Shown piece after piece: positions 16,519 through 26,249 of a stretch of DNA of 32,000 bases. Within the stretch, counting starts at the first letter, position 1. Every line of letters starts with the position of its first letter. Origin of the DNA: Pseudoalteromonas tetraodonis (GTDB taxonomy: Bacteria; Pseudomonadota; Gammaproteobacteria; Enterobacterales; Alteromonadaceae); contig NZ_CP011041.1 of NCBI RefSeq assembly GCF_002310835.1, positions 870,001-902,000 of the forward strand. Reading direction: 5' to 3'. The translations under genes were made by a program, and so were the position numbers. The notes beneath the pieces were generated by a model, which did not search any database, was not told the origin of the DNA, and was given only the letters and a program-made list of their open reading frames with translations.

Positions 16519-18372
16519 ATGATGCTAAATAAAACCGCACTGGGTATGGCCATTTCGGCTGCACTCTCTTTTTCTGTATCTGCTGCAGAACAATCAATCG
16601 AAACAATAACAGTAACCGCTAATAAGTTTGAACAACCTATAAATGATGTATTAGCAAGTGTGGCAGTTATCGAGCGCGCTGATATTGAAAAAGCGAATTA
16701 TCGAGACTTACCTGCAATATTAAATACTATTGCTGGGATAGATATTGTTCGTAATGGTGGGTTAGGTCAAAAAGCAGATATATTTGTTCGCGGGGCCAGT
16801 GCTAAATATACCTTAGTATTGGTTGATGGCGTAAGAGTGAGCGATGCAAGTTCAGGTAGTGTATCGCTGACGAATATTCCAGTTAACAGTATCGAGCGTG
16901 TTGAAATTATAAAAGGTGCCAGAGCGGCTATTTATGGCTCAGACGCGGTAGCCGGAGTAATTAATATTATCACCCGTAAAGCCTCAAATAACTCGCTTTC
17001 GGCTACTTTAGGCAGCCATAGCTACAGTAATTATCAGCTTGCTGGTGGGCTTGTAAAAGAGGCGCTTAGCTTTAATTATAATTTAGGCTACGAAGAGACG
17101 GATGGTTTTGATGTTACTGGCAAAGATCCAGCGGCTGAGTACACAAAAGATCATGATGATGATGGCTACAAAAATAAAAACATTGGCTTTAATTTAGCTT
17201 ATGAGCTTGCTGAACTAGGCCAATTGAGCCTGCAATCTCAGTATAGTGAAGGCGAAGCACAATATGATAATGCAAGGGGTAACGATGCCTACGACTTTGA
17301 AAATTACACCGCTAAGCTAGGCTGGAACAAAGCCTCAGATATATATAGCCAAAGTACTTCGGTGAGCGTTTCGCAAGAAGAAAATACCCAAACAGGTACC
17401 GATGTGCAGCAAGTGTATAGCACAGAGCGTGTTGAGTTTGAATATCGAGGGCTTTATACCCTTACTGAAGAACTTGATATATCGGGTGGCTTTAATTATT
17501 TATCTGAGGATTTATCAAACTCGTCAGCAACGTCATCAGAAGAAAAACGCGATAATAAGGCGTTGTTTATAGGCGCGTTTTATAGCCATAACAAATGGTT
17601 AGCAAATGCGGTTGTTAGAACCGATGATTATGACTTCCATGGCCGTGCAAACACTTACAGTACAGGACTTGGTTACAAAGCAAATAACTATGTAACACTA
17701 CGTTTAAATCACGGTACTGCATTTAGAGCTCCTTCGTTAATTAATGCGTTTGTGACTAACAGCCCGTACTATTTACCAAACAATAATATTAAACCTGAAG
17801 AAGCCTTAAATAATGAGCTTGGTATAACTTTAGAAACCCAATGGGGCCGTTATGATATTGCTATTTTCGATAACCGTATCAATAATTTGATTAGTAATAA
17901 TTATGATGCAGACTCAGGTAAATATATTGCCACTAACATAGATAAAGTATCTATGCAGGGATTTGAGCTGTCGGCAGAGTTTTCAGCGCTAGGCTTTGAA
18001 CACTCGGTTAATTTTAGCTTTTTAGACGCTACAGATGAAAAAACGAATACCGATTTACCACGTAGACCTTCTGAATCGTTTAATTATCAACTCGCTAAAA
18101 CATGGGGTGATTTTGATGCCAGCTTGGATATGCAATATCGCTCATCGCGTCCTTCGATTGCGTATTATGACTCGGAGCTCGCTGCTTATACGGTATTTAA
18201 TATAGCAGCCAATTACCAGTTGCTAGATAATTTGTCGTTAGCTGCTCGAATAGAGAATATTACTGATGAAGAATATTTTACTGCTGCGACGGGCTTTGCT
18301 GCCAGTGGTAAGCTATTAGGTTATAACAGCGCAGGAAGAACTTTCTTTGTAGGGGCAAATTATCAGTTTTAG
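16519..18372 (+). CDS. btuB: TonB-dependent vitamin B12 outer-membrane receptor
   Basis: It has a signal peptide (MMLNKTALGMAISAALSFSVSAA) and a TonB box and plug (ETITVTANKFEQP, compare E. coli DTLVVTANRFEQP). It ends in a terminal aromatic residue (GANYQF). A B12 riboswitch lies directly upstream. The ORF track's TTG 16495 start lies inside the riboswitch platform. Confidence 0.9.
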   Translation: MMLNKTALGMAISAALSFSVSAAEQSIETITVTANKFEQPINDVLASVAVIERADIEKANYRDLPAILNTIAGIDIVRNGGLGQKADIFVRGASAKYTLVLVDGVRVSDASSGSVSLTNIPVNSIERVEIIKGARAAIYGSDAVAGVINIITRKASNNSLSATLGSHSYSNYQLAGGLVKEALSFNYNLGYEETDGFDVTGKDPAAEYTKDHDDDGYKNKNIGFNLAYELAELGQLSLQSQYSEGEAQYDNARGNDAYDFENYTAKLGWNKASDIYSQSTSVSVSQEENTQTGTDVQQVYSTERVEFEYRGLYTLTEELDISGGFNYLSEDLSNSSATSSEEKRDNKALFIGAFYSHNKWLANAVVRTDDYDFHGRANTYSTGLGYKANNYVTLRLNHGTAFRAPSLINAFVTNSPYYLPNNNIKPEEALNNELGITLETQWGRYDIAIFDNRINNLISNNYDADSGKYIATNIDKVSMQGFELSAEFSALGFEHSVNFSFLDATDEKTNTDLPRRPSESFNYQLAKTWGDFDASLDMQYRSSRPSIAYYDSELAAYTVFNIAANYQLLDNLSLAARIENITDEEYFTAATGFAASGKLLGYNSAGRTFFVGANYQF

Positions 18373-18397
18373 TCACTTATCCTAGTTGCCAAGGAAC

Positions 18398-18426
18398 AAA
18401 TAGCCCAGCTTATTGCTGGGCTATTT
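18398..18426. terminator. bidirectional terminator between convergent btuB and msrA
   Basis: Perfect 12-bp stem AAATAGCCCAGC (18398-18409) / GCTGGGCTATTT (18415-18426) with 5-nt loop TTATT. Confidence 0.85.
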
Positions 18427-18438
18427 ATTAAAAGCACT

Positions 18439-18975
18439 TTATTCCGATAAAAACTCGCTAAATTCGGTTTCAAACTTATGTAATTTGGGTGCAATTAAAA
18501 TACTGCAATAGCCCTGCTCAGGATTTTCATTGTAATAGTCCTGATGGTAGTGCTCTGCGGGGTAAAAAGTGGTTGCTGGGCTCACCTCGGTTACTATAGG
18601 TTCGCTAACATGAGTTTGCAGCTCTGCAATAACGGCCTGTGTTTGTACTTGTTGTTGCTCATTATGATAATACACAACGCTGCGGTACTGAGTGCCTATA
18701 TCGTTACCTTGGCGATTTAGTTGTGTGGCATCGTGTAGGGTAAAAAACATCGCGAGTAAGGTTTCAAAGCTGATAACACTGGCATCAAATTCAACCTTAA
18801 TTACCTCTGCATGGCCACTGTTGCCAGTGCAAATAGTTTTGTAGGTTGGGTTATCAGTATGTCCACCAGTATAACCAGAGCAAACACTGAGTACACCTTT
18901 TACACGCCTAAATGCTGCATCAATACACCAAAAACAGCCGCCGCCGAGTGTTGCTACTTGTGTGGTCGAACTCAT
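18439..18975 (-). CDS. msrA: peptide-methionine (S)-S-oxide reductase
   Basis: The catalytic motif GGGCFWC lies near the N-terminus, along with GYTGG and HAEVIKVEFD. The likely start is MSSTTQVATLGGGCFWC (18975), not the upstream ATG at 19008. Confidence 0.93.
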   Translation of the reverse strand: MSSTTQVATLGGGCFWCIDAAFRRVKGVLSVCSGYTGGHTDNPTYKTICTGNSGHAEVIKVEFDASVISFETLLAMFFTLHDATQLNRQGNDIGTQYRSVVYYHNEQQQVQTQAVIAELQTHVSEPIVTEVSPATTFYPAEHYHQDYYNENPEQGYCSILIAPKLHKFETEFSEFLSE

Positions 18976-19051
18976 AAGTACTTCCTCAATTGTTAGGGAT
19001 ATGTGCACTGAATAAAGCGCCGTAACAGCTAGTTACGACGCTCTGAGTGAC

Positions 19052-22000
19052 TTAGATCTCTTTAAGCGGTTTTTCAGCGGCTTGCTTATCAAGTTTTTGT
19101 TGTAAAAACTCAGGTGATTGTGTGTTTCGTGCTAGTGCGTAATAAGCGGCTGGCACCACAAACAGAGTTAGTATGGTTGCCACCGTTACGCCAGTAAATA
19201 CCACCACACCAATTACCATTCTACTTTCCGAGCCTGGACCGGAAGCCAACACCAAAGGTACGGCACTCATAACCGTTGTTAGGGAAGTCATAATAATAGG
19301 GCGCAAACGCTGTGTAGCCGCTTGTAAAATAGCCTCACTAAATTCTACGCCTTTATCACGTAACTGGTTGGTAAATTCAACGATCAGTATACCGTTTTTA
19401 GCACTTAACCCAATGAGCATAACAATGCCTATTTGGCTGTATATATTAAGCGTTAACCCCATACTCCACAGCCCAAACATGGCACCCATTAAACCAAGTG
19501 GCACAGTTAACATAATAACAAATGGATGCATAAAACTTTCAAACTGAGCTGCCAGTACTAAAAAGGTCACGGTTAATGCCAGCACAAACACATAGGTCAT
19601 GGCTGAGGCACCTTCATAAAACAATTGCGACTCACCTTTATAGTCAATGGCACCATCAATGTCGTTTTCCTCTGTGGCAACCTTGTTTAAAAAGTTTAGT
19701 GCTTGTTCTAGCGTGTAACCATCAGCGAGGTTGGCACTTAAAGTAATTGCACGCATTCGGTTATAGCGATTTAAACGCGAGGCGGTGGCTTCTTCTTTTA
19801 AGCTAATAAGGCTATCAAGAGGAACAAGTTCTCCGCTACGTGATTTTAGGTAAATATTTGAAATATCAGTCGGGTTGGCAAAGTCTTGTTTTGTGCCCTT
19901 TAAAATTACATCGTATTCTTCACCGCGGTCAATAAAGGTGGTTACACGGCGTTGGCCAAGCATGGTTTCAAGTGTACGACCCACATCAGAGACTGATACG
20001 CCTAAATCAGCGGCTTTATTTTTATCAATACTGACTAAAAACTGAGGGAAGGTTTCTTTATAATCATGATCAATACGCACTAATCCAGGGTTTTTCTCAG
20101 CGCGTTTAATAATTCTATCTCGCCAATCGGCAAGTTGAGCATAATCATTACCTTGCAAAACAAATTCAATAGGGCGAGATGAACCACCTCCGCCAATACC
20201 ACGGCGCATAATAGCAAATGCACGAACGTCGGTGACCTCTTGCATTTTGCCGCTTATTTCATCCATGACTTCCCATGTTGAGCGTTTGCGCTTATCCCAG
20301 TCAGCCATGCCAACAATAGCCACGCCGCCACTGCCACCCCAACCTGGGACTCGAACAAGCACTCGACTTAGTTCGCCAGATTCAGAATAAGGCATCAAGC
20401 GCTCTTCAATTTTTGCCATATTAGCTGCGTTATTTTCATAACTTGCCCCTTCAGGGCCATTCATAAGCACAAAGAAGGTGCCACGATCTTCTTTTGGCGT
20501 GAGCTCTGAGGGTATTTGTAAAAATAATGAATAACTAACAAACCCAGCCAAAACTAAGCTCAGCATTAAGCCCCATTTACGGGTCATGTTTGACGCTAAA
20601 GCGTTACGGTATCCATTTTCTAATTTAGTAAAAAAACGGTCCATAACTTGGCTAAACTTACTTTCTTTTTCAGAGGCCTTTAACACTTTTGAACACAGCG
20701 CCGGAGAGAGTGTCAACGCAGTGATACTAGAGAAAAACACGGCAGCACTTACTGCCATAGCAAACTCTGTAAATAGTGCGCCAATTCGTCCTTCCATAAA
20801 CACTAATGGTACAAACACGGATATAAGCACTAAGGTGGTGGCTATAATTGCAAAGCCCACCTCACGTGCGCCGCGATAAGCTGCCAATAAAGGCGGTTCA
20901 CCAAGTTCAATACGGCGGTGAATATTCTCTAGCATTACAATGGCATCATCGACCACTAAGCCTATTGCTAACACCAGTGCTAGTAGAGTTAATAAGTTAA
21001 TTGAATAACCCATTGCTAATAAAAACATGAAACTACTGACTAGGGCGACTGGTACTGTGACCGCGGGAATAAGAGTGGCGCGAATGTTACCTAAAAATAT
21101 AAAGATAATAAGCACGACTAACCCCATAGAAATTGCTAAAGTTTTATAAACCTCATTAATTGACTCTTTAATAAATACCGAAGAATCATAACTGTCTTCT
21201 ATGGTGGTGCCTTCAGGTAAATTACGTTTTATTTTTTCCAGTTCACTGCGGGCGTTATCAACCACAGTTAGGGTATTGGCTTTGGCTTGTTTAACAATAC
21301 CCATACCAATCATATTACGGCCATTACCTCGGAATAAACTTTCATCATCGGCGGCTTCTAGTTTTACGTCAGCCACTTCGCCTAGACGCACTAAATAACC
21401 ATCTTCACCTCGTTTAATAACTAGGTTTTGAAAATCACGTTGGTTTTTATAGCTGCGGGCAGTGCGAACGGTAAAATCACGATCAACTGATTCAATTTCA
21501 CCGGCCGGAAGTTCTACATTTTCACTACGCAGTGTTTGCTCAATATCACTGGAGGTAATACCACGGGCGGCCATCGCTTGGCGGTTAAGCCATACTTTCA
21601 TGGCATACTTTCGCTCCCCCCCAATGCGCACATTCGATACGCCATCAACAACGGCTAATCGATCTACAATAAAACGCTGTGCATAATCAGAAAGTTGCAA
21701 TGAATCCATGGTTTCGCTGTTAAGTACAAACCACGCGATAGGGCTTTCGTCACTATTTGATTTTGATACTTCAGGAGGACGCACTTGTTCGGGTAGGCTA
21801 TCAAGTGCACGCGCTACACGTTCACGCACATCGTTGGAGGCATCGTCTATGTCACGGCTAATATTAAACTCAATGGTAATGTTTGAGCGGCCATTACGAC
21901 TCGATGAGTTAATACTTTTAATACCTTCAATGCCCGAAATACGATTTTCAATAACTTGCGTTATTTTTGTTTCAATAATTTCGGCAGATGCACCGGTATA

Positions 22001-22150
22001 TTCAGTACTAATATTTACAATCGGTGTTTCAATATCTGGATACTCTCGCAAAGGCAACATGCTAAAAGCAACTAAGCCAAATGTGAGTAACAGTAAGTTA
22101 ATAACAATCGCAAAAACGGGGCGTTTGACGCTAGTATCGGTAATTTTCAC
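19052..22150 (-). CDS. RND multidrug efflux transporter, inner-membrane permease subunit (AcrB/HAE1 type)
   Basis: 1032 aa with 12-TM architecture and two large periplasmic loops. The N-terminus MKITDTSVKRPVFAIVINLLL is typical of the family, and GLVVDDAIVMLENI is conserved. It lies 3 nt downstream of the adaptor gene. Confidence 0.95.
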   Translation of the reverse strand: MKITDTSVKRPVFAIVINLLLLTFGLVAFSMLPLREYPDIETPIVNISTEYTGASAEIIETKITQVIENRISGIEGIKSINSSSRNGRSNITIEFNISRDIDDASNDVRERVARALDSLPEQVRPPEVSKSNSDESPIAWFVLNSETMDSLQLSDYAQRFIVDRLAVVDGVSNVRIGGERKYAMKVWLNRQAMAARGITSSDIEQTLRSENVELPAGEIESVDRDFTVRTARSYKNQRDFQNLVIKRGEDGYLVRLGEVADVKLEAADDESLFRGNGRNMIGMGIVKQAKANTLTVVDNARSELEKIKRNLPEGTTIEDSYDSSVFIKESINEVYKTLAISMGLVVLIIFIFLGNIRATLIPAVTVPVALVSSFMFLLAMGYSINLLTLLALVLAIGLVVDDAIVMLENIHRRIELGEPPLLAAYRGAREVGFAIIATTLVLISVFVPLVFMEGRIGALFTEFAMAVSAAVFFSSITALTLSPALCSKVLKASEKESKFSQVMDRFFTKLENGYRNALASNMTRKWGLMLSLVLAGFVSYSLFLQIPSELTPKEDRGTFFVLMNGPEGASYENNAANMAKIEERLMPYSESGELSRVLVRVPGWGGSGGVAIVGMADWDKRKRSTWEVMDEISGKMQEVTDVRAFAIMRRGIGGGGSSRPIEFVLQGNDYAQLADWRDRIIKRAEKNPGLVRIDHDYKETFPQFLVSIDKNKAADLGVSVSDVGRTLETMLGQRRVTTFIDRGEEYDVILKGTKQDFANPTDISNIYLKSRSGELVPLDSLISLKEEATASRLNRYNRMRAITLSANLADGYTLEQALNFLNKVATEENDIDGAIDYKGESQLFYEGASAMTYVFVLALTVTFLVLAAQFESFMHPFVIMLTVPLGLMGAMFGLWSMGLTLNIYSQIGIVMLIGLSAKNGILIVEFTNQLRDKGVEFSEAILQAATQRLRPIIMTSLTTVMSAVPLVLASGPGSESRMVIGVVVFTGVTVATILTLFVVPAAYYALARNTQSPEFLQQKLDKQAAEKPLKEI

Positions 22151-22153
22151 GTG

Positions 22154-23215
22154 TTACCCCTTAACGCTTACTTTACTACCTGAGCGAATTTTAATTATTC
22201 CCTCGGTAACAATTTGCTCGCCATTACTTAACCCTTTGTCTATCGCAACCCAGCCATTATTTCTACTTACAACATGTACTTCTTTACGGTTTGCTATGCC
22301 ATCTTCAATTTGAAAAACGTAATGCTTATCTTGCAGAGGAATAATGGCCTTTTCAGGCACCATCAGCGCTTGGTTACTGCTCAGTTCTAAAGCGGTATTA
22401 AGCAACATGCCTGGGCGAAGTAAACCTGATTTATTAGCAAAACTTGCTGTTACTTCTACACTGCGAGTGATTGAGTCGATACGTGAGCTTATATGGGTTA
22501 CTTTACCGCTGAAGGTTTGATCAGGGTAAGCATCGTTTTGAGTGCGAACAATCATTCCGTTTTTCAATTGAGCTAAATACTTTTCAGGCACTTTAAAATC
22601 AACTTTTATAATACTAATGTCATCGAGGGTTGTGATCACAGTACTATTATTAATATACGCACCCACCGATATTTCGCGTTTCCCCAGTAACCCAGAAAAA
22701 GGCGCGGTGATGGCCATTTCATTGAGTTTGGTTTTAGCACTTTCAAGTTGTGCTTCGCTGGCATCAACGCGAGCGAGTTGTTCTTCAAGCAATGACTTGG
22801 CCGTCGCTTGCGAGCGAGAAAGCTCGGTCAGTCTGGCTAATTGACGTTTTTCTTCTTGTAAATTAATGCTAAGTTCTTTTACTGCAAATTGTTCTTGTTG
22901 GTTTTGCAGTTGTACTAATTTTTGTCCTTTGCTGACCAAGTCGCCATCTTCAAAGTAAATGCTAGTGACATAATCGTTTTGAGCGCTTTTAATGTAGATA
23001 GCCTGATTAGCACGAGCACTGCCAATGGCTTCAATCATAATTGCGTTTTCTTGCGATCTTACCGTGTGGGCAGAGACTTGCGTTGTCATTGGCGAGTAAT
23101 TGGCTTGCTCGCCCTGTGATGCGGGAAAATACAAATAAACGCTAAAAATTATTAGTAACGAAATAATAAATGGAAATAAGGCTTTACCTGATTGTTTAGA
23201 GTGCATTGTTTTCAT
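22154..23215 (-). CDS. RND efflux periplasmic adaptor (membrane fusion protein)
   Basis: 353 aa with an N-terminal membrane anchor, a coiled-coil hairpin region (QLARLTELSRSQ...QLESAKTKL) and beta-barrel domains. It sits immediately upstream of the RND permease. Confidence 0.9.
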   Translation of the reverse strand: MKTMHSKQSGKALFPFIISLLIIFSVYLYFPASQGEQANYSPMTTQVSAHTVRSQENAIMIEAIGSARANQAIYIKSAQNDYVTSIYFEDGDLVSKGQKLVQLQNQQEQFAVKELSINLQEEKRQLARLTELSRSQATAKSLLEEQLARVDASEAQLESAKTKLNEMAITAPFSGLLGKREISVGAYINNSTVITTLDDISIIKVDFKVPEKYLAQLKNGMIVRTQNDAYPDQTFSGKVTHISSRIDSITRSVEVTASFANKSGLLRPGMLLNTALELSSNQALMVPEKAIIPLQDKHYVFQIEDGIANRKEVHVVSRNNGWVAIDKGLSNGEQIVTEGIIKIRSGSKVSVKG

Positions 23216-23356
23216 ACCTGAAAATAGATTATAAGTATTGTACGAAATCAGGACAAAAAAAGGCGGTTATGTATCTCATTAATTTGTGCGTTAAGCGTAA
23301 AAATAACTGATACTTAGTCATTGCGCATATTTAACAGTAATAATGGGAGTTAATTG

Positions 23357-23461
23357 ATGAGCTTTAAAACATCATGCAAACGCTGTTTAACGCTGAGAAA
23401 GTTAGTATTGTGGGCTATTATTATGTTTATATTTTATATGGCGTTTTTTCAGTATGGCTAA
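23357..23461 (+). CDS. candidate 34-codon small membrane protein (not in the ORF track)
   Basis: A GGGAG SD (23345-23349) lies 7 nt before ATG 23357. The product is MSFKTSCKRCLTLRKLVLWAIIMFIFYMAFFQYG: a basic N-terminus with C-x-x-C plus one TM helix. Its stop at 23459-23461 overlaps the downstream ATG (23454) by 8 nt. Confidence 0.45.
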   Translation: MSFKTSCKRCLTLRKLVLWAIIMFIFYMAFFQYG

Positions 23462-24158
23462 TATAAATAAACAAATACTAAATTACCGAGCGCAAGGCGC
23501 TAAAAATGGAATTGAAATATTAATGGTAGGCAGCATTGGCTTGATTATTATCATGCTGTTTAATTTATTACGCCCAGGCGAAATAAGTATTATCGAAATT
23601 TTTTTAGTAAGTTTATGTATTGCTGCAATTTTAATTGGCTTTTTTAAAACACAAGAACCTTTTTATAGTATTATTTTAACTGAGCAGCAATTAATATATC
23701 AGCATAAGTATGGACAATGGCATTTACACCCAGAGAATTTGCACCATTGTGGTATACCTAAGGTTGATAATGGCATTGATTACCTTGAGCTTAATGCGAT
23801 TGGTATTAAGTTAAATGATATAGATTCATTCTTGTCTGCTTTAGCTCCAAGAATTGCGGGTAAATTGTTGATAGAGCAGCGACATTTCTTTATGCAAGTT
23901 GTTCAAAAAAATTGCAAAAATGGGCATTGCCCATCAGAATGGTTAGTTGAAGATAATAAATATAGGTCAAAAAAAGGAATTGACTATAATGGGCTCATAG
24001 CGATGTTTGCTAATAGGGCTAAACATCTTCAGCTTTTAACAGGGTATGACTTACTGTTACCAGCGAGTGTAATAGAAAGTGATATTTGGGAATTTAGCGC
24101 AAATTTAAATAAATGGAAGCGCGATCCCTCTCAGTTTATAAAGTCGCAGTGTGAATAA
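23454..24158 (+). CDS. membrane protein of unknown function (2 N-terminal TM helices plus ~150-aa soluble domain)
   Basis: 234 aa with TM segments at about residues 20-40 and 46-66. I recognise no catalytic motif. It may belong to an Alteromonadales-restricted DUF family, but I cannot verify that. Confidence 0.6.
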   Translation: MANINKQILNYRAQGAKNGIEILMVGSIGLIIIMLFNLLRPGEISIIEIFLVSLCIAAILIGFFKTQEPFYSIILTEQQLIYQHKYGQWHLHPENLHHCGIPKVDNGIDYLELNAIGIKLNDIDSFLSALAPRIAGKLLIEQRHFFMQVVQKNCKNGHCPSEWLVEDNKYRSKKGIDYNGLIAMFANRAKHLQLLTGYDLLLPASVIESDIWEFSANLNKWKRDPSQFIKSQCE

Positions 24159-24193
24159 TAATATAAGCACTCACTGCGGGATTAGGAATAACT

Positions 24194-24526
24194 ATGAGCC
24201 AAGACAGATCTTTCATTAAAAGTGGTCGAAACACCATAATACATAAAGACAGAAAACTAGATTTAGTGATTGTTAATGGTGAGACTCACCCTAAAATTAA
24301 AGTAACAGGCAATGGTCTTGAGCCATTTAAAGAAGAACTGCCAAAAAACCGCCGAGATGCAAAAGAGCGTTACCTCGACGTTGTTTATATTACTAGTGCT
24401 GATGTATTTAGCGAAGAAAAACAATTGTTGTTTATTCAATCCTTAGATGGCCGCGAATATAAAGTAGATTACAGTAAAGTTGGCACTAAATTATTTGTTC
24501 GCATTCATCAAGATAGCTATTTATAA
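24194..24526 (+). CDS. hypothetical soluble protein (110 aa)
   Basis: An AGGAA SD-like sequence precedes the ATG. It lies on the same strand, 35 nt after the previous gene. No motif recognised. Confidence 0.5.
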   Translation: MSQDRSFIKSGRNTIIHKDRKLDLVIVNGETHPKIKVTGNGLEPFKEELPKNRRDAKERYLDVVYITSADVFSEEKQLLFIQSLDGREYKVDYSKVGTKLFVRIHQDSYL

Positions 24527-24592
24527 TTTATAATGGCATTTTTTTTGCTTAATATTTTTATTAGATAATTTTAAGACAAAAAGGTGCTGAGT

Positions 24593-26239
24593 ATGAGAGC
24601 AATTTCGTTAATACCACTTATGTCATGCTTGCTTTTGGCTGCATGCGGAGGGGGAGGCGGTGCTGATAACAGTGATATAAAAACATCAGTATTTGCAGGT
24701 AACGATCTTCAAGTTGTAGAAAAATCAGAGTTTACTATTTCTGCAAAAGGCTCTCCTGCAGATGGTATATTTACTTGGCAGCGTGTAAGTGGCCCTATTA
24801 TAGATGTGTTTCCGCTTGAAGGGGCTGAACAAACCATTACTGCACCAGATGTAAAGTCTGACAGTGAACTGGTATTAAGAGTTAGTTATCAAACCTCAGA
24901 TGGCAGTTTAGTGAATGACGACTTGAGTGTTTTCATTGCCTCTAATAATCAGCTTCCTCTTGCTGTTGTTACTCAAGTTGCTCCTGCAAACTTGCCCTCA
25001 GTTTATAAGGATACTGTAACCCTTAGTGGTTTAACTTCCACAGACCCCGATGAAAATGGCGAAATTAGCAGTTATTTGTGGCAATTATTGTCAGGGCCGG
25101 ATTTAACAATTGATAGCTATACCAATCCAACGCTTAGTTTTTCTCATCCATTATTAGAAAATAACACCAACTTAAAATGGCAGCTCACCGTAACAGATGA
25201 TGAGGGCGGAGTATCTGCATCACAATTTGATATGACCCTTAATAAAACAGCCCAGGTAATTATTGCCGATGCAGGCGCTAATCAAACAGTAGAAGAGTTT
25301 GATAAGGTTATTTTAGATGCCACAGCCAGTGAAGCGGCAACTCAATCTTATCAATGTAAGTGGCAACAACTTACCGGTAATGCAGAAACCCTGATTGAAT
25401 CACAGTCATGTACTGCCAGCTTTTTTGCCTCTGATATTGATTTAAATGCAACGCTTAGCTTTGAAGTACAAGTTATGGACTTAAAAGGGCGCACCGACAC
25501 AGATACCGTATTTATTGATGTAACACCCAAAGCGCTAGGGTTAATAAATGATACAGGAGTAGGAGAGTGTTATAACAATACTCAGCGAATTAATTGTAAT
25601 AATGATGAATTTCCAGCTCAAGATGCTGATCTTGGGCGCGATAGTTTTGCCAATCGTTTAGGTAAAGTGGGTAAAGGGAATCTGGCTTTTGATTACACCA
25701 AACTTAATGAGTTTGCCGATGAGCTTCTCGATGATGCGCAAAACTTTAGCTGTATTCGTGATAATACTACCGGCCTTGTTTGGGAAGTAAAAAGCCCTTA
25801 TTCCGGGGTGTTACCAAATACCACTTTACGTGATGGGCAAAACCGTTACATTTGGCAAGGAACTGTCAATAGCGGCGATGTAGCGGGTAGTGATAATACC
25901 ACGTGCCCGAGCAATACTGATTGCGGATTACAAACCTATATTGATGAAGTTAATGCGCTTGATTTTTGTGGTGGTAGTAACTGGCGTTTACCCACTTATA
26001 CTGAACTTTTAGGTTTAATTGATTACGGTAAACAAGGGCAAAACGTATTGATAGATACTGCATTTTTTCCTAATACACCATCGACTAACACCGAAGGGCA
26101 TTTACGCTATTGGACCTCACAGACCGCGGTTGATGGTGCCAGTTTATCTCAGGCTTACATTATCGATATGATGGATGGCAACGACTTAGCCTATCCAAAA
26201 GATAATGCCGCTTATGTGCGCTTAGTTAGAAATCGTTAA
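24593..26239 (+). CDS. lipoprotein with three PKD/Ig-like repeats and a C-terminal DUF1566 (Lcl C-terminal-like) domain
   Basis: ATG 24593 gives MRAISLIPLMSCLLLAAC, with the lipobox LAAC followed by GGGGG. Three ~90-aa repeats share the W-Q-(x)-(V/L)-(S/T)-G pattern (FTWQRVSGP, YLWQLLSGP, CKWQQLTGN). The C-terminal motifs GLVWEVK, NWRLPTYTELLGLI and AYVRLVRN are typical of DUF1566. The ORF track starts at GTG 24584. Confidence 0.75.
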   Translation: MRAISLIPLMSCLLLAACGGGGGADNSDIKTSVFAGNDLQVVEKSEFTISAKGSPADGIFTWQRVSGPIIDVFPLEGAEQTITAPDVKSDSELVLRVSYQTSDGSLVNDDLSVFIASNNQLPLAVVTQVAPANLPSVYKDTVTLSGLTSTDPDENGEISSYLWQLLSGPDLTIDSYTNPTLSFSHPLLENNTNLKWQLTVTDDEGGVSASQFDMTLNKTAQVIIADAGANQTVEEFDKVILDATASEAATQSYQCKWQQLTGNAETLIESQSCTASFFASDIDLNATLSFEVQVMDLKGRTDTDTVFIDVTPKALGLINDTGVGECYNNTQRINCNNDEFPAQDADLGRDSFANRLGKVGKGNLAFDYTKLNEFADELLDDAQNFSCIRDNTTGLVWEVKSPYSGVLPNTTLRDGQNRYIWQGTVNSGDVAGSDNTTCPSNTDCGLQTYIDEVNALDFCGGSNWRLPTYTELLGLIDYGKQGQNVLIDTAFFPNTPSTNTEGHLRYWTSQTAVDGASLSQAYIIDMMDGNDLAYPKDNAAYVRLVRNR

Positions 26240-26249
26240 GGTTATTATT

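Noticed and set aside
16118-16606. A 162-aa minus-strand ORF containing SEFGVRS repeats.
   Set aside because: It is an artefact of translating through the heptamer microsatellite, the B12 riboswitch and the btuB start region.
21708-22313. A 201-aa ORF antisense to the RND permease / adaptor junction.
   Set aside because: It is long for an AT-rich genome, but it is Ser/Leu/Thr/Ile-rich off-frame sequence across two strongly supported genes, with no SD and no recognisable motif. The likeliest cause is a stop-poor antisense frame produced by the codon bias of the sense genes.
19052-23215. The RND pair as part of an unusual system, since there is no adjacent outer-membrane factor or local regulator.
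   Set aside because: Two-gene RND operons that rely on an unlinked TolC-type channel are common. Nothing in the sequence is atypical.
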